The notes beneath the pieces were generated by a model. The model was not told the DNA's origin, did no database searches, and saw only the letters and a program-made list of their open reading frames with translations. Below, one piece after another: positions 59,172-64,000 of a DNA stretch of 64,000 bases. This stretch comes from Roseibacillus sp. GTDB taxonomy: Bacteria; Verrucomicrobiota; Verrucomicrobiia; Verrucomicrobiales; Akkermansiaceae. Each line of letters begins with the position of its first letter. Position 1 is the stretch's first letter. Position numbers and translations under genes: made by a program. The stretch covers positions 64,001 through 128,000 of the forward strand of contig CBDEUM010000029.1 of assembly GCA_965242925.1 (NCBI GenBank). Direction: 5' to 3'.

Positions 59172-60173
59172 ATGAAACACAACACACTCGCCACCTGCGC
59201 CCTCTTCCTGACCGCTCCCCTCCTGGGGGCCGAGCACCCGAACATCGGTTCGGTTGTCCGCCATGATGCGGCCTTCGACAAGCTCGTTGCCAGGGATGCC
59301 AAAATCGAAGTCCTGGCTTCGGGATTCATCTGGTCCGAGGGGCCGGTCTGGGACAGGAAGAACAGCCGCCTGCTGTGGTCCGACGTTCCCGCTAACACGA
59401 TTTACCAGTGGTCGGAGAAGAAGGAAGGCCACTCTGTCTTCATGACGCCCTCCGGCTATACCGGGATAACGCCCGGGTATCCTGAACCCGGATCAAACGG
59501 TCTTTCCTTCGACGCCCAGGGGCGTCTCGTCTCCTGTGAACACGGCGATCGTCGAGTGGCCATGCTCACCCCCGGCGGAGGGAAGGTCACCCTTGCTGAT
59601 CGTTACGATGGCAAACGATTCAACAGCCCCAACGATCTGGCCATTCACTCCAGCGGGGCCATCTATTTCACCGACCCGCCCTACGGCCTGCCCAGGCGCG
59701 AGAAGGATCCCGGGCGCGAGACGGACTGGTTCGGCGTCTATCGCATCGAGACCGATGGCAAGGTGACCCTGCTCACCAAGGAGTGCGACCGTCCCAATGG
59801 GATCGCGCTCTCGCCGGATGAGAAGAAGCTCTATGTTGCGCAGTCCCACGGGCCGAAGCCCTATATTTTCTCCTGGGACATCAGGGCGGATGGCTCACTC
59901 GGTCCCCAGAAGGTGCTCTTTGATTGCTCCACACTGGCGCGGAAGTATCCCGGGGCGCCCGATGGCATGAAAGTGGACAAGGATGGGATCATCTGGACCA
60001 CCGGTCCGGGTGGAGTGCTTGTCATCTCGTCGGAAGGCAAGCTCCTCGGGCACATCCTGACCGGTCAGCGCACCGCGAACTGCAACTGGGGCGACGATGG
60101 TTCGACCCTCTACATGACGGCCGACTTCCATGTCTGCCGGATCAGGACCCTGACCAAGGGAGCGGGCTGGTAG
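59172..60173 (+). CDS. Exported SMP-30/gluconolactonase family protein
   Basis: WSEGPVW, GSNGL, FNSPND, FTDPPYG, PNGIALSPD and PDGMKVD. Confidence 0.92.
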   Translation: MKHNTLATCALFLTAPLLGAEHPNIGSVVRHDAAFDKLVARDAKIEVLASGFIWSEGPVWDRKNSRLLWSDVPANTIYQWSEKKEGHSVFMTPSGYTGITPGYPEPGSNGLSFDAQGRLVSCEHGDRRVAMLTPGGGKVTLADRYDGKRFNSPNDLAIHSSGAIYFTDPPYGLPRREKDPGRETDWFGVYRIETDGKVTLLTKECDRPNGIALSPDEKKLYVAQSHGPKPYIFSWDIRADGSLGPQKVLFDCSTLARKYPGAPDGMKVDKDGIIWTTGPGGVLVISSEGKLLGHILTGQRTANCNWGDDGSTLYMTADFHVCRIRTLTKGAGW

Positions 60174-60255
60174 GGGCTCTCATGCCCCGCCGGGGACCAC
60201 CAGTCCCGGAGCGTCTCTTCTTGATCTTCCGGAGCAGACTCTGAAGGGGTACTGT

Positions 60256-61677
60256 TCAGGCTAGGACTTCCTTGACGACTCGCGCTTTCTCCACCCCGGT
60301 GAGACGGAAGTCCAGTCCCTGGAAGCGGTAGGTGAGGAGCTCGTGGTTGATGCCGAGTTGCCTGAGCATGGTGGCGTGGAGGTCATGCACCGAGACATGA
60401 TCCTTGGCCACTGCGTAGCCCAGATCGTCGGTGGCTCCCCAACTGGCTCCACCCTTGATTCCGGCTCCCGCCATCCAGAGGGAGAAGGCCTGGATGTGGT
60501 GGTCGCGTCCACTGCCCTGGGCCATCGGGGTCCGACCGAATTCTCCCCCCCAGATGATAAGGGTGTCCTCCAGCAGGCCGCGCTCCTTCAGGTCCTTGAC
60601 CAGCGCTGCGGTTGCCTTGTCGATATGACCTGAGACGGTGTTGATGGCCCCCTTCACGTTCCCGTGATGGTCCCAGCCGCGATGATAGAGCTGGATGAAG
60701 CGAACCCCGCGTTCAGCCAGTCGGCGTGCGACGAGGCAATTCGAGGCGAAGGATCCATCCCCGGGCTTGGCTCCGTAGAGTTCAAAGACGTGCTTTGGTT
60801 CCTTGGACACGTCGACAAGATCGGGCACGGAAGCCTGCATCTTGAAAGCCATCTCGTACTGCGCGATGCGGGTAGCGATCTCAGGATCGTTCTGTCGTTT
60901 TCCCAGCAGGCTGTTGAGCCCGTTGATGGTATTGAGAAGATCTCCCTGGTTCTCACGGGATACGCCAGCGGGATTCTTCACGTAGTGGACGGGATCGCCC
61001 TTGGAGTTGAATTGCACGCCCTGGAACCTGGAAGGCAGGAAGCCGCTGTGCCACTGGCGTGCTGCGATGGGTTGATCCTGTCCACCGCCGGAGGAGGTCA
61101 TCACCACGAATCCGGGAAGCTCATCGGTGTCCGCGCCCAGTCCGTAGAGAAGCCAGGAGCCCATTGAGGGCCGCCCGGGAATAACCGATCCGGTGTTCAT
61201 GAAGGTGTGAGCGGGATCGTGGTTGATCTGCTCGGTGGACATCGAGTTGATGACCGCGATTTCATCCGCAATGGACCCGATGTGGGGGAAGGCCGAGGAC
61301 ATGAGGCGCCCGCACTCACCATAGGGCTTGAATTCGTGTTGGGGCCCGAGGCACTTGAGTTTGTTACGACTGCCCTGCAGTTGTGCGAGCTGCTGTCCCT
61401 TGGTGAAGGACTCCGGCATGGGCTTGCCGTTGAGCTTGGCGAGTTCCGGTTTGTGATCGAGGGTCTCAAGGTGGGATGGCCCACCCGCCATGCAGAGGTG
61501 GATGACCCGTTTGGCCTTCGGTGGAAAATGTAGCTTTTCATTGAGCGCACCCTTCCATTGGGGTTCCGCCTGGGTCTCCTGGCTGAGAAGATAGGCGAGG
61601 GCGGCACTGCCCACCGAGTAGGAGGATCCCTTGAGGAAGGTGCGGCGGTTGATCGCGTTGATGAATTGATCGTTCAT
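60256..61677 (-). CDS. DUF1501 family protein, Tat-exported
   Basis: NRRTFL twin-arginine, GGPSHLET, WDHH, GEFGRTP and GRDHH. Confidence 0.9.
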   Translation of the reverse strand: MNDQFINAINRRTFLKGSSYSVGSAALAYLLSQETQAEPQWKGALNEKLHFPPKAKRVIHLCMAGGPSHLETLDHKPELAKLNGKPMPESFTKGQQLAQLQGSRNKLKCLGPQHEFKPYGECGRLMSSAFPHIGSIADEIAVINSMSTEQINHDPAHTFMNTGSVIPGRPSMGSWLLYGLGADTDELPGFVVMTSSGGGQDQPIAARQWHSGFLPSRFQGVQFNSKGDPVHYVKNPAGVSRENQGDLLNTINGLNSLLGKRQNDPEIATRIAQYEMAFKMQASVPDLVDVSKEPKHVFELYGAKPGDGSFASNCLVARRLAERGVRFIQLYHRGWDHHGNVKGAINTVSGHIDKATAALVKDLKERGLLEDTLIIWGGEFGRTPMAQGSGRDHHIQAFSLWMAGAGIKGGASWGATDDLGYAVAKDHVSVHDLHATMLRQLGINHELLTYRFQGLDFRLTGVEKARVVKEVLA

Positions 61678-61713
61678 GACGGGAAGTTGTCGGGCGCTTC
61701 TGTTGTGAGCGGT

Positions 61714-64000
61714 TTAATATCTGGTAATCGTTTCGTGCAGGTTCAGCAGGGCCCGGGTTACCGCGGTGAAGGCGGCGAGGTCCATCGGATTGGCCTCCCT
61801 GCCGGCGGGGCGCAGGCCGACCTTCAGCAGCGCATTGGCGTCCTGGGGGCTTTTCAGGTAGCGTTTGAGCTGGCGGTCGTAGAGGGCCTTGAGAAGTTTG
61901 GCCTCTTCCGGATAGGGCTTGCGCTGGAGAAGCTGCTGGAAGCCCAGCTCCAGACGCTCGGCAAATGGCCGGCTGTCGCCGGTGAGCTTTTCGGCCAGAA
62001 CGCGGGCAGCCTCCACGAAGGTGGGATCGTTGAGAAGATTAAGAGCCTGCTGAGGGGTGTTGGAACTCTCCCGGCTGGCGGTACATTCCTCGCGCGGAGG
62101 CGCATCGAAGGCCACCAGCATGGGATGGAGAAAACTACGCTGCCAGTGCATGTAGACTCCGCGCCGGTACTGCTTGTCATCGTTGTGCTGCTTGTAGGTG
62201 CGCTTGGGGAAGTTCAGTTCACGGTAGTAGCCTGGCGGCTGGTAGGGCCGAGCGCTCTCTCCACCGATCCGCACATTCAGGAGGTCAGAGACGGCAAGGG
62301 CGTTGTCGCGGACGAATTCGGCCGGTAGCCGCCGGGAATTCTGCCGGGCATAGAGCAGATTGTAGGGGTCGGATCCTGTCAGCTCCGGAGAGGCATTGGA
62401 CGACTGCTGGTATGTCTGAGAGGTGATTACCAATTTCACGAGATGCTTCACATCCCATCCGCTCTCCATGAATTCGACCGCGAGCCAGTCCAGCAGTTCG
62501 GGATGGGTCGGCCACTGGCCCTGGTTTCCGAGGTCCTGCAGGTCCCGCGAGAGACCGGTCCCGAGGAAGAGAGCCCACACGCGGTTGACGAAGGCCCGGG
62601 CGGTGAGGGGATTTTTTGAGGAGGCGATCCAGCGGGCAAGATCCAGCCGGGTGAGACGGGCTGCGGTGGGTGGCGGGTTTTTTCCGGCGACGGTGAGGAA
62701 GGCCGGGAGGGCCGGTTGGACCACCGGGCCGGAGCGATCCATCCAGTTTCCCCTGGGCAGGATGCGAATCTCGCGGGGGTTGGTGGAGAGGGTCACGAGG
62801 GTCATGCGGGTTGATCCCTTGGCACCCTGGGCCTGCTGGTCGAGCTTGGAGATCTTGTCCCGGATGGGTTGCAGGGAGGTCGCAATGGTGCGGAAGTGGG
62901 TCAGGAGCGGCTCACGGAGCTTGGGATCGAGCTTTTGTCCCCTTTCGGCCAGTAACTGCTTGCGCACGTCATCCGGGAGTCCGGCCAGGGCGGCGCTCGC
63001 ATCGCTGCTGGTGTGTCCAGCCAGATCCCAGAGGACGGCTCCTCCGTGCTGGGTGTAGGCCAGTTGAGTGATCTTCTTGCCTGCGGGCAGGCCCACCTTC
63101 TCAGCAGAGACTTCAATCCGCACCCATTTGCCCAGTGCCGGCAGGTTGCCCGCCTTGTGGTGGTTAACTCCGTTGCTGCCCTTACCGTAGGGAATGAGGT
63201 CCTCGCCCCACCAGGCACGATGCTCCCAGGAATTGTCGGCATTAAATTGCAGCATGATCTGCCTGGGAGGGTTCTTGGGGTCCAGCCAGACGTAGGCGAA
63301 GAGGTGTTCGCCGACCCCGAGGGTAACGGGTTTGTTGCTGGCGTCGACGATGTGCTGGACCAGTCCGGCATTTTCCTGACGGCGTGCGATCTTCCCGGAG
63401 TGCACGTTGTCGGTGACAGTCTGGACCTGGGGCAGGGGGAGTTCCTGGTCATCGAGGATGGCGATATCCTGTGGTTGGTTGGATGCGATCTTGCCTTTCA
63501 GATCGCGGACCCACTTGAGAAATTCCTTTTCCAGTTCCGGGCTGTCCTTCTTGAGCTCTTCCTGGAGCCCACGCTTTTCCTTCTCTATGCGAGCCAGTTC
63601 GTCAGTATTTTCCGGCTCGGGGACATCAAGGGCCGGTCCCCACTTGTCCAACTTGAAGCCGGGATATTTCTTGATGTCGGCCCCGGGGTTGTAGCGGCCA
63701 TCCCCGTTGTAGGCACCCTTCTCGTAGATATCGGAGAAAAAGGCCTCCATCGAGTAGAAGTCCTTGGCGGTGAAGGGGTCGAACTTGTGATCGTGGCACT
63801 CGGAGCATCCCATCGTTGACCCGAGGAAGGCTACCGATGTCGTGCGGACCCGTTCGGCATAGTACTTGGCGATATATTCCGCGTCCTGGATTCCCCCTTC
63901 TTCGGAGACCTGGTTGACCCGGTTGAATCCGGTGGCCACGTAGTGCTCGGTGGTGGGATTCTCAAAGAGATCCCCGGCCAGTTGTTCGATGATGAAGGTG
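61714..64000 (-). CDS. DUF1549/DUF1553 protein, 5' end beyond the window
   Basis: ATGFNR, CSECHDHK, NPLTARAFVNRVW, PTHPELLDWLA, NTPQQAL and ETITR; the frame is open to the window edge. Confidence 0.88.
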   Translation of the reverse strand, partial: TFIIEQLAGDLFENPTTEHYVATGFNRVNQVSEEGGIQDAEYIAKYYAERVRTTSVAFLGSTMGCSECHDHKFDPFTAKDFYSMEAFFSDIYEKGAYNGDGRYNPGADIKKYPGFKLDKWGPALDVPEPENTDELARIEKEKRGLQEELKKDSPELEKEFLKWVRDLKGKIASNQPQDIAILDDQELPLPQVQTVTDNVHSGKIARRQENAGLVQHIVDASNKPVTLGVGEHLFAYVWLDPKNPPRQIMLQFNADNSWEHRAWWGEDLIPYGKGSNGVNHHKAGNLPALGKWVRIEVSAEKVGLPAGKKITQLAYTQHGGAVLWDLAGHTSSDASAALAGLPDDVRKQLLAERGQKLDPKLREPLLTHFRTIATSLQPIRDKISKLDQQAQGAKGSTRMTLVTLSTNPREIRILPRGNWMDRSGPVVQPALPAFLTVAGKNPPPTAARLTRLDLARWIASSKNPLTARAFVNRVWALFLGTGLSRDLQDLGNQGQWPTHPELLDWLAVEFMESGWDVKHLVKLVITSQTYQQSSNASPELTGSDPYNLLYARQNSRRLPAEFVRDNALAVSDLLNVRIGGESARPYQPPGYYRELNFPKRTYKQHNDDKQYRRGVYMHWQRSFLHPMLVAFDAPPREECTASRESSNTPQQALNLLNDPTFVEAARVLAEKLTGDSRPFAERLELGFQQLLQRKPYPEEAKLLKALYDRQLKRYLKSPQDANALLKVGLRPAGREANPMDLAAFTAVTRALLNLHETITRY

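Overview
GC-rich (about 60-63%) chromosomal segment. It is most likely from a Verrucomicrobiota (PVC) bacterium, inferred from the DUF1501 + DUF1549/DUF1553 pairs, PVC-type heme-binding beta-propeller proteins, a PEP-CTERM protein and a lamin-tail/CotH protein. Housekeeping genes: split coaC/coaB, gmk, mutS, Fpg/Nei glycosylase, hisG, tkt, tyrS, tRNA-His and rnc, plus a 34-aa bS22-like ribosomal protein that the ORF track missed. Accessory content: (i) a four-gene non-phosphorylative L-fucose/L-fuconate pathway; (ii) an isolated PduS-PduT-like microcompartment electron-transfer pair; (iii) three DUF1549/1553-DUF1501 modules; (iv) three large exported beta-propeller redox proteins that swap accessory domains (DUF1080, ThuA, F5/8C, CBM-like) and electron carriers (type-1 Cu versus c-type heme), near two exported lactonases; (v) a cobalamin riboswitch followed by a BtuB-like receptor; (vi) a recent 606-bp LamG-domain duplication shared by two adjacent surface-protein genes; (vii) a divergent pair of unknown genes around an AT-rich, palindrome-rich spacer; (viii) two single-base frameshifted genes. 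I saw no CRISPR array, transposase, integrase or phage gene. All family calls come from reading motifs by eye; no database searches were run.
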